Shown in pieces: positions 45,911 through 55,962 of a DNA stretch of 64,000 nt. The position numbers were made by a program, and so were the translations under genes. Under the pieces are notes generated by a model, which did no database searches, was not told the origin of the DNA, and saw only the letters and a list, made by a program, of their open reading frames with translations. Position 1 is the first letter of the stretch. Each line of letters opens with the position of its first letter. The DNA comes from Patescibacteria group bacterium (GTDB taxonomy: Bacteria > Patescibacteriota > Patescibacteriia > JAQUQO01). Location of the stretch: NCBI GenBank assembly GCA_028716045.1, contig JAQUQO010000001.1, positions 64,942-128,941 on the forward strand, given 5' to 3'.

Positions 45911-48661
45911 ATGTTTAAACAACATAAAAAACTCATTCTATCCTTAATCTTGTCCGCGACGATAATTATCGCGGGCGGTTTTCTTATCGGAAATTTTGTT
46001 CACGCGGAAGACCCAGCGGCCACCATAAAAGACAGCTCCACTGCCACGATTCTTCGACTCACCCTCGGTTACATAGTGGAACTTTTTATTTTTCTTGGCG
46101 GTCAGCTTTTAGTTTTACTTCTGAAAGTTTTAAAACTTTTGGCCGGTTATAATGATTTTATTCGCGCCGAACCGGTCCAGTTGGGTTGGGTGGTTATCCG
46201 CGATTTAAGCAACATGTTTTTTATTCTCATCTTGCTGGTTATCGCTTTTGCCACCATCCTGCGGGTGGAATCTTATCAATATAAGAAACTTCTGCCTCGC
46301 CTTCTCATCATGGCGATACTCATAAATTTTTCCAAAACCATCTGCGGATTGTTTATAGATTTTGGGCAGGTGATAATGCTCACTTTTGTCAATGGGTTCG
46401 CGGCGGCTACGGATGTCAATCTTACTGTTGGCTTAGGTATTGATAAAATATTATCCCTGCCGAAAGATTCCTCGGCCACGGTTAATGCTTTAACTATAGT
46501 GGCGGCGTATCTCTTAGCTTTGATTTATATTGTAGTCACTGTTATAACCGTCGCCATTATTTGCTTTACGCTGGCCTATCGCATCGTGATGCTTTGGATT
46601 TTAGTGGTGCTTTCCCCTCTGACTTTTTTATTAAGCGCTTTTCCGCAGGGGCAGAAATTCGCTTCGCAATGGTGGGATGAATTTTCCAAGACCATTGTCA
46701 TCGGTCCGATTTTAGCTTTCTTTTTATGGCTATCTTTGGCGGCCATGCAACCAGCGGCGGATAATCCCAGAAACTCCAGTTTAACCAGGACATTAACCAC
46801 CGAGCAAGAAGAGGATGTGGGAGAAACGGCAACTGGGGACACCGTTTCGCGAGCCATTAGCCAAGCTGACGACTTGAGTGTTTTTGCCACCTTTATTGTG
46901 GGTATCGCTTTAATGTGGGGTGGTATTTATATGTCGCAGAGAATCGGAGGTGAAGTTGGTAGTTTTGCCTCTGGTAAGGCCAGGCAATGGTCGGTGGGTG
47001 CGGCTAGAGGAGCAGCAGGCGCGGCTAAATGGGCCGGCGGTAAATTATGGGGTGGGACGAAAGTTGGAGCAGGCGCACTTGATAGATTGCAAGGGGGCGT
47101 AACGGGCATACAATTCTCTAAAATTCCCGAAAGAATTAAAGCCGGGTTTGCTACCAAAAAAGAAATGGAGGAAAAAGAGATTGCCAAGAAGGCCTTGGCA
47201 ATTCAGCGCCGGGGAGCCGGAGCTGGTTGGTTGCCGGCGTATATGGCGTTTGCCACTCCGGACAAAGCTATTATGGAATATGGTGGTGTGAAGGGAAGAT
47301 TAAAGGCGGCTAATCAAACTCGCCGCATTTTACCGGGGTTGGAGAGTTATAGACAGAAAAAACAGGAAGCGGATATTAAGAGAGCTGATTATAAAAAATT
47401 AGAGGGCGAAAATAAAACGTTGACTGATAAAATAGAAAAACAAGCTGATTTAGAAAAAGAACAGAAGATTTCAGCTGAGAATTTTGGTAGGTTCGGTACT
47501 TCCACCGTGATGTTAGACAAAGTAGGAGACAGAGATATTATTGAAAAATTAGAAGAAGAAAGGGAGCGATTAAGGATACAAGCCGGTGTTCCCGGCGCAA
47601 GCGGAAAAGATAAAAAAGAATTTGAGTATTTAGACGCGATTTTAAGCACTCCCGAAGTTAAACTTTCCGCTTCGGAGTTTAATAAATATGTCGGCAATAA
47701 AAATCCTCTCGCTTTTGAAAATGAAAGGAGTAGGGTGAAAAAAGAAAAAGACAAAGCAGAGGAAAGGTTAAACAGATTTATCGCTAATAATCCCGGATTC
47801 ACAAGAGGAGAAGCAGAAAATACAATAAAAACTAACCAAAACGTAATAGGAAATATTAAAGAAGATGTGAGAAGGATAGAATCGGAATATCTGCCTAATA
47901 TTCCCAAGCATTTAGTGTTTGATGTGGAGGCCAAAAAGGCCGAAGCCGAAGCGCTTAAAAATATTCCGTCCACCGCTGGCTTTCCGGATTTAATGAGAGC
48001 TCTGAAAAAGGCTTTGGCGGATGGTGATGCCTCTACCGCCAACGTTATTTCTAAAAAATTGAGTGAAAATGGGCAGATGGGCGATATGTTGAAAGAAATG
48101 GGTAAAACAGAAGATATAGCTGGTTTTAAGGAGTTTGTTGATAAGGAGCTTTTAAAGGTTAATAAGGACGATAAAAATGCTGCTTATAGTGTTGGCAGTG
48201 AAATGAGCTTGTATGCGGAAAAATCCGGTGACGCCGTTTATGGCGGCATATTTAGAGCAGATCCATCAACCGGTAAGGTTGATGCCGTCAGTGATAATGA
48301 GGCGGTTGATATTATAGCCAAAAGAATATCCAGTAAAGACGCTTCCCAAGCCGTTAAAGTTAAAATATCTTCTTATGTTAAAACGGATATTTTAGGGAAA
48401 AAGAGTTTAACTCCTTTGGGAGCGACAGTGGTTTCTACTTTTGCTCCCGATTTTGAAAAAATGATTTCTAAAGGAACTTTTCCTCCGGCTTTACAAAAAG
48501 CCTTGAGAGATGTTAAGGGCAGTATTGAAAAAATTGTTGGAGTTGGCACATTAACTAAAGAATTGGCCGATAAAATAACCGCGGTGGGTTATGCCACCGG
48601 AGAAGAAGAAATACCGCCTAAAGCTGCGGATTTAATCGCAAAATTGACGGGAGGCCCGTAA
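45911..48661 (+). CDS. VirB6/TrbL-like polytopic T4SS membrane protein with long coiled C-terminus
   Basis: GWVVIRDLSNMFFILILL, ILINFSKTI, RIVMLWILVVLSPL, WWDEF; multiple TMs then a Gly/Ala-rich and charged tail. Confidence 0.75.
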   Translation: MFKQHKKLILSLILSATIIIAGGFLIGNFVHAEDPAATIKDSSTATILRLTLGYIVELFIFLGGQLLVLLLKVLKLLAGYNDFIRAEPVQLGWVVIRDLSNMFFILILLVIAFATILRVESYQYKKLLPRLLIMAILINFSKTICGLFIDFGQVIMLTFVNGFAAATDVNLTVGLGIDKILSLPKDSSATVNALTIVAAYLLALIYIVVTVITVAIICFTLAYRIVMLWILVVLSPLTFLLSAFPQGQKFASQWWDEFSKTIVIGPILAFFLWLSLAAMQPAADNPRNSSLTRTLTTEQEEDVGETATGDTVSRAISQADDLSVFATFIVGIALMWGGIYMSQRIGGEVGSFASGKARQWSVGAARGAAGAAKWAGGKLWGGTKVGAGALDRLQGGVTGIQFSKIPERIKAGFATKKEMEEKEIAKKALAIQRRGAGAGWLPAYMAFATPDKAIMEYGGVKGRLKAANQTRRILPGLESYRQKKQEADIKRADYKKLEGENKTLTDKIEKQADLEKEQKISAENFGRFGTSTVMLDKVGDRDIIEKLEEERERLRIQAGVPGASGKDKKEFEYLDAILSTPEVKLSASEFNKYVGNKNPLAFENERSRVKKEKDKAEERLNRFIANNPGFTRGEAENTIKTNQNVIGNIKEDVRRIESEYLPNIPKHLVFDVEAKKAEAEALKNIPSTAGFPDLMRALKKALADGDASTANVISKKLSENGQMGDMLKEMGKTEDIAGFKEFVDKELLKVNKDDKNAAYSVGSEMSLYAEKSGDAVYGGIFRADPSTGKVDAVSDNEAVDIIAKRISSKDASQAVKVKISSYVKTDILGKKSLTPLGATVVSTFAPDFEKMISKGTFPPALQKALRDVKGSIEKIVGVGTLTKELADKITAVGYATGEEEIPPKAADLIAKLTGGP

Positions 48662-48665
48662 ATTT

Positions 48666-49901
48666 ATGTGGGATAAAATAAACAACCAAAAAGTTTTAGA
48701 TGATTTTAAAAGGAGCTTGGATAATGATATTTTGGAATACGATTTGAATGACGCCAAAATTCTTTATACTTCTCTCCGTGATATTTTAGTTAAAGAAAAT
48801 ATTAATGAAACGGGAGGGGCGATGGCCGAGGAATATTATAAATTAATGCGGCAGGCCGGGTTTGTGTCCCTTGCTCTTTTGGAATTTGATGATGCTAAAC
48901 AATTGTTTGCCGAAGGTCTGCCGACTATGTTAGAGTTGAGCGAATTTGACGTTTTGAATGAATTAAAGAAATTTTTTATCTACCGTTTTCCGATACTGGC
49001 CGACCGATTGCTCGCCAAAAACGACTTGCAAAAAATTATAGAGGAGAATAACAAAAGAATAGCGAACGCCGCCGGAGCGGCTATCGGAGAAAAACAACTT
49101 TTTATTGTCAGCGATTGGATTAAAAATTATTTGGCTTATATTAATCAGGCCGAACCGGAAATTTTAAAATTGCAGGAATATCTGGCGCGGTCGGAGGCGA
49201 TGCAAAAAACCAGCGAAGAAGAAAAAAATAAGATAGGCCTTTTGTTGAAGATTTATGATTATTTGCGAATGGCGCAGTTCAAACCGTTTTTGTTAGATGA
49301 GGAATTAACAATAGTTGAGGACGGAGAAACATATACTGTCACCGAGGGGCGGGCGGAAAAGGTGGACCCCAATATAAAAAAATTGATGGCGGATATCAGG
49401 GAAATTTTGGAAAAGGCGCGCGCTCCGGAAGAAGTGGCGACGGCTTACAGCGCGGTCGGTTGGCAAAGGATTTCTAAACCACAAATTTTAAAGAAATATA
49501 AAACTCTGGAAGCGGCGGCAGATAATCTATTTAAAAAAATCGCCGGTAATTTATTGGGGAGCGCGGACAAAGACGAAGCGCTATCCATTTTATATTATTT
49601 AGCAGAGGAAAATAAATTGATGACGTTTTTAAAATCACCGGCCAATTTTAGCGGGCTTAAGGCGTTATTTGCCAAATCAAAAAAATTAACCGACGCCCAA
49701 AAAAACGCCAACATTCCGGAGCTCACGATTTTTTTACAGGCCTTTTTGCGTTATATTTTTGAAGAGTTGCTGGAGATGAGTGTTAATGAAGCGGCTCGCG
49801 AAGGCCAGCGCTTGGCCAACGCACTTAAAAAATCCGGTGGAGCCGATTATTTTGATATTTCCTATTTTGATTTAAATAAAGGGCAATTTGTCTGGAAATA
49901 A
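48666..49901 (+). CDS. Hypothetical protein (T4SS cluster)
   Basis: 411-aa ORF tightly packed in the operon, with a helical pattern. Confidence 0.7.
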   Translation: MWDKINNQKVLDDFKRSLDNDILEYDLNDAKILYTSLRDILVKENINETGGAMAEEYYKLMRQAGFVSLALLEFDDAKQLFAEGLPTMLELSEFDVLNELKKFFIYRFPILADRLLAKNDLQKIIEENNKRIANAAGAAIGEKQLFIVSDWIKNYLAYINQAEPEILKLQEYLARSEAMQKTSEEEKNKIGLLLKIYDYLRMAQFKPFLLDEELTIVEDGETYTVTEGRAEKVDPNIKKLMADIREILEKARAPEEVATAYSAVGWQRISKPQILKKYKTLEAAADNLFKKIAGNLLGSADKDEALSILYYLAEENKLMTFLKSPANFSGLKALFAKSKKLTDAQKNANIPELTIFLQAFLRYIFEELLEMSVNEAAREGQRLANALKKSGGADYFDISYFDLNKGQFVWK

Positions 49902-49905
49902 TTCT

Positions 49906-51321
49906 ATGGCCGTTGGCAATAAAAAAAATAATAATCATTCGGCAGTTAATACGTTTTCTGATGATGAGGTTTTAGTAAAAGGGGGTGACGGAAAATTTTA
50001 TATTTTAAGAGGAGCAGAATTAGCGCCCTACGAAGCGGCGAGAGGAGAGAGGCCGGTTTTGGATTACAAAAGAATCGCCGAAGAAATAATAGATAAGAGT
50101 GGGAGTGTGGCACTCACGCCGGTTAGGCGGGACCAGCTTTTTAATGTTATCGTTTCCGGCCTAAAGGGCGTGCGCGACAGTTTAGAAATAAAAAATATCC
50201 TTGTAAAACCAATTGGCGTCGGCGGATTAGAATTAAATGAAGACAAGACAAAATTAATTTTGGATTTAATAAAACTCGCCTTGGAAGATAAATTAGGAGC
50301 TGGAACGTCCCGCGGAGAAAAACAGGAAGGGAAAATCGCCTCGGTGGTCTCCGTTACTCCGGCCAGCGATATAAAAAGTTTAGAGAAGCTGGTTAATGAG
50401 GTGGTGGGGATTATCAAAAAGGATTATCCCAAAGAGCTAGAGATGAGATTAAGAGGAATAATATTGACATATCTTAAAGATATTAGAGATAAAAGAGAAA
50501 CGCGTGAAACACTAGAGAGGCAAATAGCCAAGGGCGGAATGTCGTTTGAAAAGGGGCGGGCGGAAAAGCTGGTTAATTTTATTGACGATTTAGAAAAACG
50601 TCGTCAAGCGGGGGAGATGGGGCTGAAAAAAGAATTTCCATCACCTAAAAAAGAATTCCTGGCTGTTCCCGTGAAAGAAGCGTTGGTCGGTGAGTCAAGC
50701 AACAAGGCGGATGTTTCTCAATTTGTGGCTAAAGAAAGGGAGGCCTTTAAGGAGTCAGTTATTTTGAAAGATAAATATTTAGCGCCGCCCCCGCTGGCCA
50801 TTGTTAAGAAGGAAGAAGGCGCTGAGCTTCCCTCAAGGGCATTGGAAAAAGAACTGTCAAAGCCGGGGTTACAAAAATTTGTTCCACCGCTTCGCCCCAA
50901 AATAACGCCCCAGCCGCCGCCAGCCTCCGCACCTTTAAAGCAGACCTTGGTTGTAGAAAGAAAACCGCAGATTCAGGATATAAAATATAAACCGCGGCTG
51001 GTCGGTCCCATAGAAGAACTTCGAACTTTGACTCTCCGCGATTTTCGCAAGCTTTCAGAAGACCCGAAAATCGCCACAGAGAAAATTCAAAATAAGATTA
51101 ACCTTTTAGAAGAAGAATCCTTTGCCAAAAGGATGGAAGGAGCGAGGGCTTGGCAGAAAAGTCCTCTCAATCAGGAATATTTGAAGGTGGGGCAGAAGAG
51201 CTTGCTGGAGGGCAAATCCGTTGAACAAATAATCGCGGAAAATTTAAGTAAATCAAAAGAAAGCTTAAATAAAGCGGAATTTAATGCTATAATGGGATTG
51301 AATAAGAGAATCAGATTATAA
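49906..51321 (+). CDS. Hypothetical protein (T4SS cluster)
   Basis: Internal repeat (LKGVRDSLE..GGLEL / LKDIRDKRE..GGMSF) and C-terminal LVGPIEELR..AWQKSPL. Confidence 0.7.
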   Translation: MAVGNKKNNNHSAVNTFSDDEVLVKGGDGKFYILRGAELAPYEAARGERPVLDYKRIAEEIIDKSGSVALTPVRRDQLFNVIVSGLKGVRDSLEIKNILVKPIGVGGLELNEDKTKLILDLIKLALEDKLGAGTSRGEKQEGKIASVVSVTPASDIKSLEKLVNEVVGIIKKDYPKELEMRLRGIILTYLKDIRDKRETRETLERQIAKGGMSFEKGRAEKLVNFIDDLEKRRQAGEMGLKKEFPSPKKEFLAVPVKEALVGESSNKADVSQFVAKEREAFKESVILKDKYLAPPPLAIVKKEEGAELPSRALEKELSKPGLQKFVPPLRPKITPQPPPASAPLKQTLVVERKPQIQDIKYKPRLVGPIEELRTLTLRDFRKLSEDPKIATEKIQNKINLLEEESFAKRMEGARAWQKSPLNQEYLKVGQKSLLEGKSVEQIIAENLSKSKESLNKAEFNAIMGLNKRIRL

Positions 51322-51338
51322 TTTTTAATTTGTCTATC

Positions 51339-51767
51339 ATGCGCCAGTTTGTTGTTCCACAATTTATTGACGTTGAGGATAAAATAATCGGCCCGGTTAC
51401 CGTCAGACAGTTTATTATTATGCTGGTGGACGCGGGGTTGATATTTTTGTCGTATAAACTTTTTGATTTTGCCCTTTTCGTGATAGTTGGATTAATTTTG
51501 TTTGGTATTGGAGGAACGATAGCCTTCCTTAAAGTTAATGGCCAGCCGTTTCATTTTTTTATGTTGAACTTAATCCAAACCTACCGCCGGCCTTGGCTGA
51601 AGATTTGGAACAAGGAACTGGAAAATTGGGAAATAAAGGAAAAACTAAAAATAACGGAAGTGAAATTACCGGAAAAACCCAAAGTTAAACCGAAAATTTC
51701 CGCCTCGCGGCTGGCCGAGCTTAGCTTGATTGTCAATACTGGCGGCGTTTATGAAGGGCAAGATTAA
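51339..51767 (+). CDS. PrgI family (VirB3-like) T4SS protein
   Basis: QFVVPQFIDVEDKIIGPVTVRQF plus two TMs. Confidence 0.88.
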   Translation: MRQFVVPQFIDVEDKIIGPVTVRQFIIMLVDAGLIFLSYKLFDFALFVIVGLILFGIGGTIAFLKVNGQPFHFFMLNLIQTYRRPWLKIWNKELENWEIKEKLKITEVKLPEKPKVKPKISASRLAELSLIVNTGGVYEGQD

Positions 51768-51807
51768 TTATCAAAATTTTGGATTCCAAATATAAAATAA
51801 AACTGCC

Positions 51808-52482
51808 ATGCCGGAAAAAACTCCTAAAAAATTAGCCCCATCAACCCAAAAGTTTCTTGATATTTCCGAAATCAGAGATGATTGCGTTATTTTAAAGGAT
51901 GGAACTTTGCGAGCTGTTTTGTTGGCCTCCTCTATCAATTTTGCCCTAAAATCCGAAGATGAGCAGAATGCTTTGATTTCCGCTTATATGAGTTTTCTAA
52001 ATTCTTTTGATTTCCCCCTGCAAATCGTGATTCAGTCACGCAAGCTGGATATTGAGGGCTATTTGGAAAGATTGAAAGATACGGAAAAAACTCAAACCAA
52101 CGAATTATTAAAAATACAAATTGCCGACTATCGCGAATTTATAGCCGAGTTAGTAGAAATCGGAGACATTATGAGCAAGAGTTTTTATGTGGTTATACCT
52201 TATAACCCTCTTACTGATAAACGCAAAGGATTTTGGACAAGAGCGCAGGAACTCTTTACTCCGGCGATAATTTTAAGATTGGGAGAAGATAAATTTCAAA
52301 AAAGAAGACATTATTTGATACAAAGGGTTGGTCATATCCAGTCGGGCCTTGAGAGTATTGGCCTTCATTCGCAATTATTAGATACCCAAAGTTTAATCGA
52401 GCTTTATTATAATGCTTATAATCCGGCAACCTCCAAAGTCCAGAAATTAGTTGAGATAAGCAAGCTTCAAGTTGAGGATTAA
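51808..52482 (+). CDS. TraC/VirB4 N-terminal-like protein (CPR T4SS)
   Basis: STQKFLDISEIRDD, SINFALKSEDEQ, LQIVIQSRKLDI; lies between PrgI and VirB4. Confidence 0.75.
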   Translation: MPEKTPKKLAPSTQKFLDISEIRDDCVILKDGTLRAVLLASSINFALKSEDEQNALISAYMSFLNSFDFPLQIVIQSRKLDIEGYLERLKDTEKTQTNELLKIQIADYREFIAELVEIGDIMSKSFYVVIPYNPLTDKRKGFWTRAQELFTPAIILRLGEDKFQKRRHYLIQRVGHIQSGLESIGLHSQLLDTQSLIELYYNAYNPATSKVQKLVEISKLQVED

Positions 52483-52504
52483 GTGCTTAATATAAAATTT
52501 TAAT

Positions 52505-54361
52505 ATGGCTTTTGCCTTGTTTAAAAAGAAAGAATCTCCCGAAAAGCCAAGCGGTCAAGCGGCGGAAGAAGCGGCCAAGAGTGAAAGAATTCTGTTGGAA
52601 GAGGAAAAAATTTACCGCCGTGGGATTATTTCGGTCCGCGATATCATCGCTCCGGAATCAATGAAAGTGGAGCCGACTTTTATAGTCTTAGGTGACAAAT
52701 TCGTCCGCACCATATTTATAATGACTTATCCGAGGTATATCAATATCGGCTGGTTTGCCCCCATTATTAATCTTAATGTGACTTTGGATGTGGCGATGTA
52801 TTTTTATCCGGTTAAATCGGAAATTATTTTGAAACAGTTGAAAAAGAAAGTCGGGGCTTTGGAAGCGCAGATTATTTCCGACTCCGAAAAGGGCGCTCCC
52901 CGCGACCCCATCAGAGAAACGGCTTTGCGGGACATAGAAAAATTGCGCGATGACCTTACCCAAGGGGTGGAGCATTTTTTTCAATTTGCTCTTTACATCA
53001 CTATTTATGCTGATAGTAAAGAAGCCCTGGATAATATCTCTGAGGATGTAGAATCATTATTTGGAGGAAAACTTATTTATTCCAAAAAAGTTTTATATCA
53101 GGCGGAGCAAGGATTTAATTCCACGCTTCCTTTGGCCAACGATGAGTTGATGATTACCTTTAATATGAACACTTCTCCTTGCGCCTCTTCTTTCCCTTTT
53201 ATTTCTTCGGAATTAACGTCGGACAACGGCATTTTGTACGGTATCAACAGGCACAATAACAGCTTGATTTTATTTGACCGATTTTCTTTACCCAATGCCA
53301 ACGCCGTGGTTTTTGCCACTTCCGGCGCCGGCAAGAGCTACGCCATCAAATTGGAAGTCCTGCGCAGTATGATGATGGGGACAGACGTGTTGGTGATTGA
53401 CCCGGAGAGGGAATATAAGCATCTGGCGGAGGCGGTAGGCGGGGCTTATATTGATATCTCTCTTGGCTCTGACAGCAAAATTAACCCCTTTGATTTGCCG
53501 CGGGCGATGGGGGAAGACACTACCGCAGAAGATATTATCAGAAGCGCCGTCATCACTATCAAGGGTTTGGTACGCCTGATGCTTGGCAAACTTTCGCCGC
53601 AGGAAGATACGATTATTGACCAAGCGTTGCTCCAGACCTACGCCAAAAAAGATATTACGCCGGAAACCGATTTATCGCAGGGGGTGGAAGTCCCGCTAAT
53701 GAAAGATTTTGAAAATATTCTGGAAGGCATGGAAGGCGGAGGGGATTTAGTAATGCGTTTAAGAAAGTATACCGAGGGAACTTTCGCCGGATTGTTCAAT
53801 CATCCGACTAATGTGGATATCAAAAATCAGTTAGTGGTTTTCAGTGTTAGGGATTTAGAAGATGAGTTAAGGCCCTTGGCTATTTACAACATCGTCAATT
53901 TTATCTGGAATGTTGTCCGGAGCGAGCGCAAAAAGAGGATTTTAGTAGTTGATGAGGCCTGGTGGCTGATGCAGAATGAAGATTCAGCCAAGTTTATCTT
54001 TGCTCTTGTGAAACGTTGCCGCAAATATTACATGGGAGTCACCACGATTACGCAGGATGTCAGTGATTTTTTGACTTCTGATTATGGTAAAGCCATTGTG
54101 ACTAATTCCTCTTTACAACTTTTATTAAAGCAATCGCCGGCAGCCATTGATTTAGTGCAAAAAACATTTCTTTTAACCGAAGGCGAGAAATACCTGCTTT
54201 TGGAATGCGGCGTCGGCGAGGGAATATTTTTCGCCGGCTCCAAGCATGCGGCCATAAAAATAGTCGCCTCTTATACCGAAGACCAAATCGTTACCACTAA
54301 TCCCCAGCAATTAATAGAAATAGAGGAGGCGAAAAAAGAGTTTGCCAGAAAAAATAAATAG
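52505..54361 (+). CDS. virB4: VirB4-like T4SS ATPase
   Basis: Walker A ATSGAGKS, IDPEREY, Walker B LVVDEAW, RKY, ITQD. Confidence 0.9.
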   Translation: MAFALFKKKESPEKPSGQAAEEAAKSERILLEEEKIYRRGIISVRDIIAPESMKVEPTFIVLGDKFVRTIFIMTYPRYINIGWFAPIINLNVTLDVAMYFYPVKSEIILKQLKKKVGALEAQIISDSEKGAPRDPIRETALRDIEKLRDDLTQGVEHFFQFALYITIYADSKEALDNISEDVESLFGGKLIYSKKVLYQAEQGFNSTLPLANDELMITFNMNTSPCASSFPFISSELTSDNGILYGINRHNNSLILFDRFSLPNANAVVFATSGAGKSYAIKLEVLRSMMMGTDVLVIDPEREYKHLAEAVGGAYIDISLGSDSKINPFDLPRAMGEDTTAEDIIRSAVITIKGLVRLMLGKLSPQEDTIIDQALLQTYAKKDITPETDLSQGVEVPLMKDFENILEGMEGGGDLVMRLRKYTEGTFAGLFNHPTNVDIKNQLVVFSVRDLEDELRPLAIYNIVNFIWNVVRSERKKRILVVDEAWWLMQNEDSAKFIFALVKRCRKYYMGVTTITQDVSDFLTSDYGKAIVTNSSLQLLLKQSPAAIDLVQKTFLLTEGEKYLLLECGVGEGIFFAGSKHAAIKIVASYTEDQIVTTNPQQLIEIEEAKKEFARKNK

Positions 54362-54380
54362 ACCCAGTTATAAAGAAATT

Positions 54381-54974
54381 ATGAATAAAAAAATAAAAAT
54401 AATTTTAATAGCCGCCGCTATTATTTTGGTCTTAATTATACTTTGGATTTTATTTTTTAATAAAGGAGAAAAGCCTGCTTTAATTACCCTCCCTCCCGGC
54501 GGAGAAACATCGGGTATTATTGAAGAAGTCGGACCAACTCCCGCCGTGGAAATACCAAAGCAAGGAATCGTAATTGTTGAGGAGGAGCGCCCCGACGTCA
54601 GCAATCTCGTAAAACTGGCTTCTGCTTTTGCCGAAAGATTCGGCAGCTATTCTAATCAGAGCGATTTTAATAATATCAGGGATCTCCAGATTTTTATGAC
54701 CGACTCCATGGAGGAGTGGTCAGAATCTTTTATTGAAGATAGCCGGGTCAAGAGCGGCGATAGCAGTATTTACTACGGAATTACCACTAAAGCTTTGAAA
54801 GCGGAACTTTCTGAATACGACGAAGCCGGCGGCACGGCCGAGATTTTGGTAAAAACCCAGCGCCGCGAGGCAATGGGCGACACCGGCAATGCCAAGATTT
54901 ATTATCAAGATATTTTAATTAAACTGAAAAAAGAGGGTGATATTTGGAAAATTAACGGCGCCTGGTGGCAGTAA
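54381..54974 (+). CDS. Bitopic protein with NTF2-like C-terminus (VirB8/TcpC-like)
   Basis: N-terminal TM, AFAERFGSYSNQ, ends LKKEGDIWKING; follows virB4. Confidence 0.55.
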   Translation: MNKKIKIILIAAAIILVLIILWILFFNKGEKPALITLPPGGETSGIIEEVGPTPAVEIPKQGIVIVEEERPDVSNLVKLASAFAERFGSYSNQSDFNNIRDLQIFMTDSMEEWSESFIEDSRVKSGDSSIYYGITTKALKAELSEYDEAGGTAEILVKTQRREAMGDTGNAKIYYQDILIKLKKEGDIWKINGAWWQ

Positions 54975-54983
54975 TTTGGAAAT

Positions 54984-55730
54984 ATGAACAGCACAGGAGG
55001 GTGGCGTGAAAAAATTTTTGAAGTTAGAAAATTTTTTTTGGATTTGATATTCCCCGTTGAGTGTCTCGGTTGCAAGAGAGAAGGCCAATGGCTTTGTGAC
55101 GATTGTTTTAGAAAAATAAAGCCGATTCTTTCAAATTTTGCCGCTTGCCCTTTTTGCGGAAAGGTGGCGGAGAGTGAAATACCGGGAGAATTATGCGAAA
55201 GGCATAATTTTTATCTGGACGGGATTTGGAGCGCTTGCGATTACAAAGAAAAATTAATAGAAAGAGCTATTTGTTTGTTGAAATATAATTTTGTTGAAGA
55301 TCTAAGCGGCGATTTGGCTAAACTATTAACAAATCATTTAGAGAGATTGCGCGGTTTGGTTGATTTAAATAATTTTTTTAATTATATTGTGCCGGTTCCG
55401 CTTCATTTAAAAAGACGCGCAGAGAGAGGTTTTAATCAGTCAGAACTATTAGCGCGAGAAGTTGCCGATTTTTTATCTCTTCCTTTTCGCAGTGATGTTC
55501 TAAAAAGGGTAAAATATACCCCTCCGCAAGTGTCCCTTGATGGCGAGAAGAGAAGGGTTAATTTAAAAGACGCTTTTTATTGCGACCCGTCAATTAATTT
55601 ACATAATAAAAAGATTTTGCTGATTGATGACGTCTTTACCACTGGCAGCACTTTTAACGAATGCGCGAGAGTTCTTAAAAAATCAGGCGCGGCCTTGGTG
55701 TGGGGGCTAACCATTGCCCGTAGCGGTTAA
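54984..55730 (+). CDS. comF: ComF family competence protein (Zn ribbon + PRTase)
   Basis: CLGC..CDDC, VPVPLH..RGFNQS, LLIDDVFTTGST. Confidence 0.93.
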   Translation: MNSTGGWREKIFEVRKFFLDLIFPVECLGCKREGQWLCDDCFRKIKPILSNFAACPFCGKVAESEIPGELCERHNFYLDGIWSACDYKEKLIERAICLLKYNFVEDLSGDLAKLLTNHLERLRGLVDLNNFFNYIVPVPLHLKRRAERGFNQSELLAREVADFLSLPFRSDVLKRVKYTPPQVSLDGEKRRVNLKDAFYCDPSINLHNKKILLIDDVFTTGSTFNECARVLKKSGAALVWGLTIARSG

Positions 55731-55733
55731 GGG

Positions 55734-55768
55734 TTTACATTTATTATAAATTATGCTAAGGTTATAAT
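55734..55768 (+). promoter_or_regulatory. Promoter for the tRNA-Ser/GIY-YIG cluster
   Basis: TTTACA-17 bp-TAAGGT with an extended TGn, plus an adjacent TATAAT at 55763-55768. Confidence 0.55.
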
Positions 55769-55775
55769 ACTTTTT

Positions 55776-55939
55776 GGAGAGGTGGCCGAGTTGGCTGTCC
55801 GGTCATCCGACCGGATTGAAAAAGGCGGCACTTGCCCGGTTGAATAACTGGGCACTGCTAACGTGTTGAGGGGTAAAACCTTCCGCGGGTTCGTCCCGTC
55901 ATCCGACGGGACGCCACGGGTTTATCCCGTGGCGAATCC
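55776..55939 (+). pseudogene. Interrupted tRNA-Ser(GCT) copy: four hairpin insertions, 3' acceptor strand missing
   Basis: Matches the tRNA at 56226 once inserts at 55798-55821, about 55832-55853 and 55894-55934 are removed. Ends at AATCC. Confidence 0.85.
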
Positions 55940-55962
55940 TTTTAGGAATTTGATTTTAGTGT

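Noticed and set aside
55798-55934. Group I or archaeal BHB introns in the interrupted tRNA
   Set aside because: The inserts are about 20 nt, far too short for group I. No clear bulge-helix-bulge is seen at the junctions and the 3' acceptor strand is absent.
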